Below the pieces are notes generated by a model. It worked only from the letters and a program-made list of their open reading frames with translations, was not told the origin of the DNA and ran no database searches. DNA of 14,930 nt, taken from assembly GCA_050178385.1 (NCBI GenBank), contig JBFXGD010000078.1, positions 1 to 14,930 on the forward strand, given 5' to 3'. The stretch is from Calditrichaceae bacterium (GTDB lineage: Bacteria; Calditrichota; Calditrichia; Calditrichales; JBFXGD01). Position 1 is the stretch's first letter, and every line of letters starts with the position of its first letter. Of the stretch, positions 1 to 7,805 are shown in pieces. Both the position numbers and the translations under genes were made by a program.

Positions 1-2
1 TT

Positions 3-998
3 CTGTTTGATCCTGAATCGGCGCATACAATACTTATGCGGTTGCTGAAAATTAAATGGATATCCGGTTTGCTCGGGATGATCTATAGGTTTGAGCATTC
101 TTCATTAAAGAGGGAGCTTTTCGGATTAACTTTTAATAATCCTGTCGGCCTTGCCGCGGGATTTGATAAAAACGCGGAAGCGGTTGACACCCTCGGAAAG
201 ATAGGATTCGGATTTGTTGAAATCGGTACGGTCACCCCAAAGAGTCAGCCGGGAAATCCAAAACCGCGATTATTTCGTCTGGTTGATGATCAGGGGATCA
301 TAAATCGTATGGGATTTAACAATGACGGGGTGGAAGAAATCGCGCGCCGGCTGAAGAGAAGAAACGGGAAAGTACTGATCGGGGGAAACATCGGCAAAAA
401 CAAAACCACACCCAATGATCAGGCGTGGCGGGATTATGAAATTTGTTTCGATCAGTTGTTTGACACAGTCGATTATTTTGTTGTCAATGTCAGCTCGCCA
501 AACACACCCAATCTCAGAGCATTGCAGGAAAAAGAACCGCTTACGGATTTACTGATCCGTCTGAAGAAATTGAACAATTCGAAACCGCTGCAAAAACCGA
601 TTCTGTTGAAGATCGCTCCTGACCTGACTGACAGTCAGCTGGATGATATTATTGAGATTGTGAAATCAACCGAAATCGATGGTGTTATTGCCACCAATAC
701 AACCATAAAGAGAAACGGACTGAAAACCGGCGCGGAAAAGATAAGCAGGATTGGGGACGGCGGGTTGAGCGGAAAACCGCTTTCAAAAAGGTCAACAGAT
801 GTAATCAGGTATCTGGCGGAAAAATCAAACCACGCCTTCCCGATTATCGGTGTGGGAGGTATTCACACACCGGAAGACGCCATCGAGAAAATTAAGGCGG
901 GGGCTTCGCTTGTTCAAATTTACACCGGATTTATTTATAGCGGTCCGGCACTGATAAAAAAGATAAATAAGGCGCTTTTAAACAATGGCCAGAATTAA
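3..998 (+). CDS. pyrD: Quinone-dependent (class 2) dihydroorotate dehydrogenase, 5'-truncated by the window edge
   Basis: The frame is open from position 3 ([11 protein letters not shown]..., resembling the conserved DPE.AH N-terminal helix), so the true start lies upstream of the window. Motifs: [85 protein letters not shown]. Confidence 0.97.
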   Translation: MFDPESAHTILMRLLKIKWISGLLGMIYRFEHSSLKRELFGLTFNNPVGLAAGFDKNAEAVDTLGKIGFGFVEIGTVTPKSQPGNPKPRLFRLVDDQGIINRMGFNNDGVEEIARRLKRRNGKVLIGGNIGKNKTTPNDQAWRDYEICFDQLFDTVDYFVVNVSSPNTPNLRALQEKEPLTDLLIRLKKLNNSKPLQKPILLKIAPDLTDSQLDDIIEIVKSTEIDGVIATNTTIKRNGLKTGAEKISRIGDGGLSGKPLSKRSTDVIRYLAEKSNHAFPIIGVGGIHTPEDAIEKIKAGASLVQIYTGFIYSGPALIKKINKALLNNGQN

Positions 999-1422
999 AC
1001 TGGATAAACCCGAAAAATTCATTTTTCAAACGGAAATTCCGGTCAGAATTACCGATCTGAACTATGGAAATCATCTTGCGAATGATGCTATATTGTCCAT
1101 CGTTCATGAAGCGCGGGTGCGTTTTCTTAATCATTTCAGCTACTCTGAAGACAATATCGAAGGCGCGGGGATCATCATGGGCGACGCCGCGATCATTTAT
1201 AAATCTGAAGGATTTTATGGTGATGTTCTGATCATTGATATGGCGGTAACTGATTTTAGCAGGAAGAGCTGTGATTTTTTCTATCTGGTAAAAAATAAAT
1301 CCGACGGCAGGGAAGTGGCCCTGGTAAAAACAGGGATTGTCTTCTTTGATTATCAGCTTAGAAAACCCGTCAGCATTCCTGATAAGTTTAAGTTAATCTG
1401 TCAAAACAAAAAAGGGGACTGA
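985..1422 (+). CDS. Acyl-CoA thioesterase, 4HBT/YbgC hot-dog-fold family
   Basis: 145 aa with [14 protein letters not shown]...HEARVRF motif. Overlaps the pyrD stop by 14 nt, suggesting co-transcription. Confidence 0.88.
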   Translation: MARIKLDKPEKFIFQTEIPVRITDLNYGNHLANDAILSIVHEARVRFLNHFSYSEDNIEGAGIIMGDAAIIYKSEGFYGDVLIIDMAVTDFSRKSCDFFYLVKNKSDGREVALVKTGIVFFDYQLRKPVSIPDKFKLICQNKKGD

Positions 1423-1440
1423 GTGATAACTCAAATCCCC
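1408..1440 (-). terminator. Probable intrinsic terminator for the minus-strand acyl-ligase fusion gene (possibly bidirectional)
   Basis: On the minus strand GGGGA-TT-TGAG-TTATCA-CTCA-G-TCCCC is followed by TTTTTTGTTTT. The + strand has AAAATTTTTT after the stem. It lies at the junction of convergent genes. Confidence 0.6.
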
Positions 1441-1468
1441 AAAATTTTTTAATATCCTCTTTTTCAGC

Positions 1469-3928
1469 CTAGCCAAGATATTTTGACATCTTCTGATAAA
1501 CAGCTTCTTTAAGAGATTCGTATGTATGATTTTCCGGATAAACCGGGCTGTGAAATTTCACAAATATCTTCTTAAAAGGTTTTGGAAAATGGCTGCCTGA
1601 CGGTAAAGCTTCAAACGCGCCTCTGATGGTGACCGGTACAACGGGAACATTCAATTCGCGGCTTAGAATGGCGAAGGTTTTCTTGAAAGAACCAATATGA
1701 CCGTCTTTTGAGCGTGTTCCTTCCGGAAAGATGATGATATTTTTACCCTTCTTTAAGGCGGCGGCCATCTTCTGCAGGGAAATTTTCAGGTCTTTATTGA
1801 TATCCATAATGATGACATTGTTCCGGTCAGCGATAAATTTGAGCCATTTTTTGCTGACGTGTTTTTCTTTCGCGTAAAAATAGGTTTTTTTCATCTGCTT
1901 GTTTTTGAGAAAAGAGACAACAAAAAGACCATCGAAAAAACTCTGGTGATTTGGCGCGAGTATAAATGGCGACTCCGGCAAATTCTCGGTGCCTTCACCT
2001 TTTAACCGGAAATATAAGTTCAGAAATACCCGTGAAGTGTTTTTGAACAGATTATGCGTGAACCAGCTTTTCGGCAGATTAATATCCAGTTTTTCCCGCA
2101 GAATATCGCCCCAGTTTACCGTTTCCACATCGATTTTAACTTTTTCGTCACGGACGACGAGCGCCAGTTTTTCTATAGTCGGGTACTGCATAAACTCTTC
2201 TTCTTTGATATCTACGCCAAAGGTAGAATTCAGGAATACCTGTAAACTTACTTTTCCAAGGGAGTCAAGACCAAGATCGATTTCTATATGATCGTCATGA
2301 TAGACTTCACGGCCTGCTTCTTCATTGAGAAATTGCTTAATGATTTTGTATTCTTCGAAATCCGGTTCTTCTCCGCGCTGTCTCTCACTGCGCGTATCTT
2401 CAGACAATGATGGAAGCATAAAACGCTTGACTTTGCCAAGCCTTGTCTTCGGAAGTTCCTCTTTTAGAATACTGAAATTGGTGATTCTTTTGTATGGTGA
2501 AACCTGGGAATTATATTTATTGATAATTTCCTGCCTGAAAATTTCTTCAATATTTAATAAACCATCCTCCTGAATCCTGGCGAAGTCGGGATAAATTGCC
2601 GCCTGAAGTGTATCACCTTTCAGGAATACGCCGATTTCGTTGATATATGCGGACATGTTTAGGATTTTGAACTCAACTTCCACCGGATTTACATTCTTGC
2701 CATTGGGGAGAATAATAATTTCTTTTTTACGACCGGTAATGACCAGATGACCGTCTTTGTCCAATCTTCCCAGATCCCCTGTGTAAAGCCATCCATCCTT
2801 TAATATTTCGTCAGTCTCCTCTTTCCGGTTATAATATCCCTGCATCACGTTTCTGCCCTTGGCGGTAATTTCGCCTTCATCGGTGATGCGGATTTCATTG
2901 GTCATCATCCGTTCGCCGGCGGATCCTATTTTCCATCTGCCGGGACGGGTAAAGGAGATCATCGGCGCGGCTTCTGTCATGCCGTAACCGGGCAGTATTT
3001 CGAAACCCAGAGTCTTGTAGTCCCTGGCGACTTCATCATCGATGGCGGCTCCACCGCATACCATAAAGTGGACATTACCGCCGAATTTTTGTTGTACGGT
3101 TTTGAACAACACCTTTGAGAATGCCCGTGAATCAATTTTTTCCGCCAGCTTGAACAGGGTTTTGGTAACCGCGCTTTTATTAATTTTGTCCATTATGCCT
3201 TTTCTTATAAGATTATAAAATCGCGGTACGCCGATGATAATGGCGATGGCATTGTTCTGCAGGGTTTCCATGATGTCTTCCGCCGCCATGGAAGGGGCGA
3301 AAGCGATCGTTGAACCCACAGAAAGCGGCGCGATCATCGAACCAATCAGCGGGAATGTGTGATGCAAAGGCAATAACACCATCACGTTTCTGTCAGATGT
3401 GTAAATATTGACATAATCAGAAACAGCTTCAACATTTGCCAGAATATTATCAAAAGAAAGCATGACGCCTTTCGGACTTCCGGTTGTTCCCGATGTATAA
3501 ATAATTAACGCTGTTTTGTCTTTATCGGGTTCGGGAAATACGGAGTTTACCGAAGGCGCGTTACGGATATCGATATCTTCAAATTTTAGAACTTTTTGGT
3601 CATACGTTACCGTTTGCAGCGCGCTCTCAACCGTTTTGTAAGTTTCATTGGAGCAGAAAATAATTTCAGGTTTACAGTCATTTAATATATACGCGACTTC
3701 ATCGGAAGTAGACATATAATCGATTGGAACGGCGATACAATCATTTTTCCAGGACGCGTAAAACGCATATACCCAGTCAAGGCTGTTTTCGGCGAAAATT
3801 GCGACCTTTTTTGTTTTGGCGGATTCAAATAATCCGGAGTAATAATCAACATTTTTTACAAGCGTTTCGTAACTGATTTTCAGGTCTTTCCAGACGAGGG
3901 CCGTTTTACCGTGATCTTTTAGAAACAA
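1469..3928 (-). CDS. Tri-domain long-chain fatty acid AMP-ligase / acyl carrier protein / PlsC-type acyltransferase (Aas-like), 819 aa
   Basis: AMP-binding motifs YTSGTTGSPKG, GYGMTE, GWLYTGDLG and GRKKEII. Phosphopantetheine site DLGLDSL (Ser codon at 2261-2263). Acyltransferase motifs NHQSFFD (HX4D) and FPEGTRS. Start revised to TTG at 3928 (AAGGAG 6 nt upstream) because the ORF-track extension to 4009 overlaps the promoter. Confidence 0.9.
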   Translation of the reverse strand: MFLKDHGKTALVWKDLKISYETLVKNVDYYSGLFESAKTKKVAIFAENSLDWVYAFYASWKNDCIAVPIDYMSTSDEVAYILNDCKPEIIFCSNETYKTVESALQTVTYDQKVLKFEDIDIRNAPSVNSVFPEPDKDKTALIIYTSGTTGSPKGVMLSFDNILANVEAVSDYVNIYTSDRNVMVLLPLHHTFPLIGSMIAPLSVGSTIAFAPSMAAEDIMETLQNNAIAIIIGVPRFYNLIRKGIMDKINKSAVTKTLFKLAEKIDSRAFSKVLFKTVQQKFGGNVHFMVCGGAAIDDEVARDYKTLGFEILPGYGMTEAAPMISFTRPGRWKIGSAGERMMTNEIRITDEGEITAKGRNVMQGYYNRKEETDEILKDGWLYTGDLGRLDKDGHLVITGRKKEIIILPNGKNVNPVEVEFKILNMSAYINEIGVFLKGDTLQAAIYPDFARIQEDGLLNIEEIFRQEIINKYNSQVSPYKRITNFSILKEELPKTRLGKVKRFMLPSLSEDTRSERQRGEEPDFEEYKIIKQFLNEEAGREVYHDDHIEIDLGLDSLGKVSLQVFLNSTFGVDIKEEEFMQYPTIEKLALVVRDEKVKIDVETVNWGDILREKLDINLPKSWFTHNLFKNTSRVFLNLYFRLKGEGTENLPESPFILAPNHQSFFDGLFVVSFLKNKQMKKTYFYAKEKHVSKKWLKFIADRNNVIIMDINKDLKISLQKMAAALKKGKNIIIFPEGTRSKDGHIGSFKKTFAILSRELNVPVVPVTIRGAFEALPSGSHFPKPFKKIFVKFHSPVYPENHTYESLKEAVYQKMSKYLG

Positions 3929-3959
3929 GCTGTTCTCCTTATCTATATGCTTAGCTGTA

Positions 3960-3988
3960 ATTATAATGATAATATTGCATTTTGTAAA
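3960..3988 (-). promoter_or_regulatory. sigma70-type promoter of the acyl-ligase fusion gene
   Basis: Minus strand reads TTTACA (3988-3983), 17 bp, TATAAT (3965-3960), about 30 nt upstream of the TTG start. Confidence 0.75.
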
Positions 3989-4137
3989 GGCTAAAGTGCC
4001 TGAAAACAAAGTATAAAATCAAAAATTGCCGTATGAAAGATGGTTTAAATCAATTAGTAATACTGTAGGTTATGACGCAGAAACCAGAACCTGAAAAACA
4101 TATTTTTTATCTCATACCTTCATAAAAAATTATTTTA

Positions 4138-4166
4138 TTGACAATGATAAAGGTATGTTTTATACT
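4138..4166 (+). promoter_or_regulatory. Near-consensus sigma70 promoter of the operon
   Basis: TTGACA (4138-4143), 17 bp, TATACT (4161-4166), with an AT-rich UP-element-like tract upstream. Confidence 0.85.
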
Positions 4167-4174
4167 TGATTTAA

Positions 4175-4188
4175 GTTGTACGGACAAC
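4175..4188. promoter_or_regulatory. Putative GntR/HutC-family operator
   Basis: Palindrome GTTGT-ACGG-ACAAC just downstream of the predicted +1. It resembles HutC-subfamily sites (TTGTA-NN-ACAA type), and a GntR-UTRA gene lies in the operon. Confidence 0.75.
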
Positions 4189-4205
4189 CGCACAACCGCA
4201 CAACC
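4184..4205 (+). repeat. 8-bp tandem repeat ACAACCGC x2.75
   Basis: acaaccgc acaaccgc acaacc, overlapping the right arm of the operator palindrome. Confidence 0.85.
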
Positions 4206-4226
4206 AGAATTTATCTGGAGAATGGT

Positions 4227-5621
4227 ATGAAATTTAATCGACTTGGCAGTGTAGTTACGGCCATTCTGATTATACCCGCCGTCTTGCTCTGCTCACAAAA
4301 CTCACTTATCCCCGCGGATACCCTGACCATCGGATTGATAGGCGATCAGACCGGATCATATGACCTGTCGGCGACCTATCAAATCATGGAAAAGGCGGTT
4401 GAACAGATGGATGCTAAAAATCCCGATCTCGTACTGCATGTAGGCGATCTGGTTGAAAGCATCAGAGGCATCAACTCCTTTGAAGATTATAAATCGAATT
4501 TTGACTATGCTGTGAACATACTCAATCGTCTGAATGCGCCCTGGTATCTCACCGCGGGTGATCATGATGTGGCACCACCTGTTTATCAGGCCGGATCATG
4601 TGACAGATCAAGGGAAGAATGGTTCCAGAAACTGTGTTCAGCCGCCGGTTTGCCCATGGAAAAGCAACTATATTACAGTTTCGACTTTAATAATTATCAT
4701 TTTATTTCCCTTTACTCCCTTGAAAATTTACATACCGATCCCAGATGGGGTCCCATTTTTTTGAATCAGTTGTCTGATGAACAAATCGCCTGGTTAAAGA
4801 ACGATCTGGAAGCTCACAAAAACGCGCCGGGGATCATAGTCCTTGTACATCAGCCTCACTGGTATGTGTGGTCAAACTGGTCGGAAATTCACCAAATACT
4901 CAGACAATATCCGGTTGCGGCGGTCATTGCAGGACATTTTCATTATGATCAGGATGACGGTATGATCGATCAGATAAGATACCTGGTGATGGGCGCCACG
5001 GGAGGCGTCGTTAAAAATATGGATCCCAATTCAGGCGGATCATCTCAATTCGCTACTCTTAAGCTGTATAAGAACAAGGTTACCCATATCAATCTTTTTG
5101 ATCTTTCATCGGGTGAATCTCTTGAACTGACGCCCCGCAGGACCATGGACCGGCTTCAGGCGCTCTCCTGTATGCTTGATAATTTGTTTATGGATGAAAA
5201 TATAGGCCGTAAGAACGGACAGCTTTTTACCATCACAGGCGAAGGCCAGTACAGCTCATTGAAACAAATCGGCCTGGAATCACTGGCGAATCCGATCGAT
5301 TTGCCGATTCGAATTAAGATAAGCACGGACCGGGATATACTTCAAAATCCGCGCTGGATCCGTTCAGGGAAGTCAATCCCGGATTCTTCTTTTATCGAAT
5401 TGGAACCCGGTGAGAGAACTGGCTGGGCAAATTATACCAGTGTGGGGCAATGGGCTAAACCGGATCCTTTATGGGTGTGTGATCTTACCGGTAATCCGGA
5501 GAGATTAAAGGATCTTACCGGTATTGCCATAACGATAAAGATTTCATTCACTGATCAGGGTGAACGCTGGGTTGAATCAACTGCCCGTTTTCCCGTAAAA
5601 AAAATTGAAGACAATTTATAG
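4227..5621 (+). CDS. Secreted/periplasmic calcineurin-like metallophosphoesterase with a C-terminal domain of unknown function, 464 aa
   Basis: ATG at 4227 follows GGAG. Signal-peptide-like N-terminus MKFNRLGSVVTAILIIPAVLLCSQ. Motifs GDQTG, HVGDLVE, AGDHD, VHQPH and AGHFH. The ORF-track TTG at 4176 lies within the operator. Confidence 0.85.
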   Translation: MKFNRLGSVVTAILIIPAVLLCSQNSLIPADTLTIGLIGDQTGSYDLSATYQIMEKAVEQMDAKNPDLVLHVGDLVESIRGINSFEDYKSNFDYAVNILNRLNAPWYLTAGDHDVAPPVYQAGSCDRSREEWFQKLCSAAGLPMEKQLYYSFDFNNYHFISLYSLENLHTDPRWGPIFLNQLSDEQIAWLKNDLEAHKNAPGIIVLVHQPHWYVWSNWSEIHQILRQYPVAAVIAGHFHYDQDDGMIDQIRYLVMGATGGVVKNMDPNSGGSSQFATLKLYKNKVTHINLFDLSSGESLELTPRRTMDRLQALSCMLDNLFMDENIGRKNGQLFTITGEGQYSSLKQIGLESLANPIDLPIRIKISTDRDILQNPRWIRSGKSIPDSSFIELEPGERTGWANYTSVGQWAKPDPLWVCDLTGNPERLKDLTGIAITIKISFTDQGERWVESTARFPVKKIEDNL

Positions 5622-5651
5622 TCAGATGTTAATTTATTCAGGATATGTCCA

Positions 5652-6428
5652 ATGGCAGTAAACGTTACAGAAATTGAAAAATCAAGTGTAATACCAATTT
5701 ATCACCAGTTGTACTCCATTCTGCTCGATTTAATACACAGCGAAGTTTATAAGCCTTATGACCGGCTTCCTTCGGAAAATGAACTCACCGCGCAATATAA
5801 AATCAGCCGTCAAACGGCTCAAAAAGCTTTAAATGTCCTTGTTGAACAGGGAATTGCTCACCGGATGCAGGGGAAGGGTACTTTTGTGAGCGATAAGACG
5901 ATCACTTACAGCATCACTGCCTCTTTGAGTTATTCCACGGAAATAATCGGATTAAATAAAGTTCCCCGAAGCGAGTTAATTCATGCAAAGGAAATTGAAA
6001 CATCAGGTCTTATCTCAAGGAATCTCTCGCTGGACGAAGGATCTCCCGTTTACAGCATTCAAAGGGTTCGTTATGTGGATGATATTCCAATGGCTTTGCA
6101 GACTTCCTATATACCGAAATATCTCGTACCCGGACTGATCGATAAAAAATTTGAAGAAGGCTCATTGTTTAAAACGATACGCAAAGAATACCAGCTGGAA
6201 ATCGGTCACGCCACTGAATATTTGAAAGCGGTAAAATGCGATCAATATGAATCCAAAAGGCTCTGCATTATGGAAGGAGACGCTATTCTGCTCCTTGAAA
6301 GAATCACCCGCTTAAAGGACGGTAGAATTCTTGAATTTGTAAGGTCCGTCCTGAGGGGCGACAAAAGCAAGATATCAATCGATCTGTCAACCTATACTAA
6401 CGGGGAGAGGAAAACTGTTGGAAGATAA
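5652..6428 (+). CDS. GntR-family transcriptional regulator, HutC subfamily (wHTH + UTRA)
   Basis: PIYHQL...RLPSENELTAQYKISRQTAQKALNVLVEQG...QGKGTFV, followed by a UTRA-like domain (RVRYVDDIPM...SLFKTI...LLLERIT...EFVRSVLRGD). Confidence 0.93.
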   Translation: MAVNVTEIEKSSVIPIYHQLYSILLDLIHSEVYKPYDRLPSENELTAQYKISRQTAQKALNVLVEQGIAHRMQGKGTFVSDKTITYSITASLSYSTEIIGLNKVPRSELIHAKEIETSGLISRNLSLDEGSPVYSIQRVRYVDDIPMALQTSYIPKYLVPGLIDKKFEEGSLFKTIRKEYQLEIGHATEYLKAVKCDQYESKRLCIMEGDAILLLERITRLKDGRILEFVRSVLRGDKSKISIDLSTYTNGERKTVGR

Positions 6429-6939
6429 ACGCGGACATTTCAACACCGGAACGGGCAAAAAAGAATATTTTACCCCGAAAAGAATCGCGCGCATTTCCAT
6501 CCTGATTGCCATTAGCGCGGTGGGTTCATTAATAAAGATTCCAAGCCCCACAGGAACAGTCTCTCTTGACGCGTGTACCGGGTATTTCTCGGCAGTGACA
6601 TTCGGCTGGATTGAAGGATCGCTTGTGGGTGGCCTCGGGCATATGCTGTCGGCTTTTACAACCGGTTTTCCACTCGGCCTTCCGGTACATCTCTATATCG
6701 CGTTTCAGATGGCTATCTGGGTTTCGGTATTCTCAATCATCGCCCGTAAAATTAATCTGATCCTTGCTGTCATTGCGGCCATCTTCTTAAATGGAGTGGT
6801 TTCATCCTATTTAATAATTCCGTTTGGCGGTATGGGTATGGCGACCGCCCTTTTAATTCCGCTGATTGTGGGCTCGGCGGTTAATATCATTATTGCCGCT
6901 CTGGCTTATAGAATTGTTCAAAAGAGTAATTTTGTATGA
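6418..6939 (+). CDS. cblT: ECF transporter S component, CblT-like (alpha-ribazole transporter family)
   Basis: 173 aa hydrophobic protein. IKIPSPTGTVSLD...GHMLSAFTTGFPLGLPVHL matches the CblT signature as I recall it (GH.LSA...GFPL.LP.HL). It sits directly upstream of a cblS-like gene. TTG start follows GGAGAGG. Confidence 0.8.
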   Translation: MEDKRGHFNTGTGKKEYFTPKRIARISILIAISAVGSLIKIPSPTGTVSLDACTGYFSAVTFGWIEGSLVGGLGHMLSAFTTGFPLGLPVHLYIAFQMAIWVSVFSIIARKINLILAVIAAIFLNGVVSSYLIIPFGGMGMATALLIPLIVGSAVNIIIAALAYRIVQKSNFV

Positions 6940-7763
6940 AAACAGAACTATTACCTGAACTGGATATGCTTTATTCTCATCTTAAAAAGGGTGAAAATAA
7001 CTTTAAGCATAGCCAGGTAAGAGATCTCACCAAAATTGGTCTGGGGAACGGCTATTCTCTTATAGTGGCGGTAGATTCGGACGGCGGGATCGGCTCGCGT
7101 CCGGGAGATTTTGTCAAAACGGATGATTATCTGGTTGGCAGATTTGCCATGCGTGTGCCTTTGTTGGAGATTCTGGCTTCCGGCGCGCTCCCGCTGGCCG
7201 CGTTTGATACATTGACTTTGCCCATGGATGATCACGGACTGAAAATTATCAAAGGCATAAAAGATGAATTAATGGAAGCGGGACTCGGAAAGGATTTTCC
7301 GCTGTCCGGGAGCACGGAAGACAATGTACCGACAAAGGAAACCGGTATCGGCACCATGGTGATTGGTATCGTTCATGACAGAGATTTTCGTCCGGGAACC
7401 GGCGTCGCGGGTGACGTGGTTGTTTGTCTCGGAATACCGAAATCTGCTCCCGGGGACAAAGTTACTATTGATGATGCTCAGATTGTGAAATTGAAAGAAA
7501 TAAGGCAAATATCGGAAAAATCTGATATTCATGACATTCTTCCGGTGGGATCTCATGGGGTTTTATATGAAGCTATGAAAATGGCGGACTCTGCCGGATT
7601 AAACTTTAGGGTGCTGGAAAATTCAGGAATTGATCTTAAAAAATCCGGAGGCCCGGGTACCTGTATCATTCTATCCTGTAAAGTAATGATGGGAAAAGCA
7701 CTCCGGAAGTTAACAGGCGCTCCTGTGACAAAAATCGGACAGCTGGAAAAAAGAAGTATCTGA
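6936..7763 (+). CDS. cblS: CblS-like alpha-ribazole kinase (PurM/AIR-synthase-related fold)
   Basis: QVRDLT, DSDGGIG, RVPLLEILASGA, GIKDEL, GSTEDN, PVGSHG.LYEA and KSGGPGTC follow, in order, the motifs I recall from Listeria CblS (QVRDLS, RVALLEMLASGA, GLKDEL, GSTEEN, PVGSKGMAYEA, KTAGPAS). ATGA overlap with cblT. Confidence 0.8.
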   Translation: MKTELLPELDMLYSHLKKGENNFKHSQVRDLTKIGLGNGYSLIVAVDSDGGIGSRPGDFVKTDDYLVGRFAMRVPLLEILASGALPLAAFDTLTLPMDDHGLKIIKGIKDELMEAGLGKDFPLSGSTEDNVPTKETGIGTMVIGIVHDRDFRPGTGVAGDVVVCLGIPKSAPGDKVTIDDAQIVKLKEIRQISEKSDIHDILPVGSHGVLYEAMKMADSAGLNFRVLENSGIDLKKSGGPGTCIILSCKVMMGKALRKLTGAPVTKIGQLEKRSI

Positions 7764-7805
7764 AGATCATTTAATCACGTCGAAAATCGACGACAGGGAA
7801 ATCCA

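Noticed and set aside
36..38. ATG 36 as the pyrD start
   Set aside because: The frame is open upstream and encodes the conserved DPE.AH segment, so the gene begins before the window.
3929..4009. N-terminal extension of the 846-aa minus-strand ORF (MFSGTLAFTKCNIIIII...)
   Set aside because: It overlaps the TTTACA-17-TATAAT promoter, and a good RBS (AAGGAG) precedes TTG at 3928.
4176..4226. ORF-track start MYGQPHNRTT... for the phosphoesterase
   Set aside because: It starts within the operator at about +1 with no RBS. ATG 4227 has GGAG upstream and gives a proper signal peptide.
4010..4226. Possible cobalamin riboswitch or ncRNA in the intergenic region
   Set aside because: The region is AT-rich with no recognisable B12-box or conserved core, and the transcribed leader is too short.
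5481..5523. 13-bp direct repeat GATCTTACCGGTA, two copies 30 bp apart
   Set aside because: It is in-frame within the CDS (DLTG...DLTG) with only two copies. It is not a CRISPR array or a target-site duplication, and is probably a micro-duplication or chance.
6936..7763. Kinase as selenophosphate synthetase SelD or thiamine-phosphate kinase ThiL
   Set aside because: It is shorter than those enzymes and lacks the SelD N-terminal Cys/Sec-x-x-Lys motif. The GSTEDN and PVGS.G motifs and adjacency to a CblT-like gene fit CblS.
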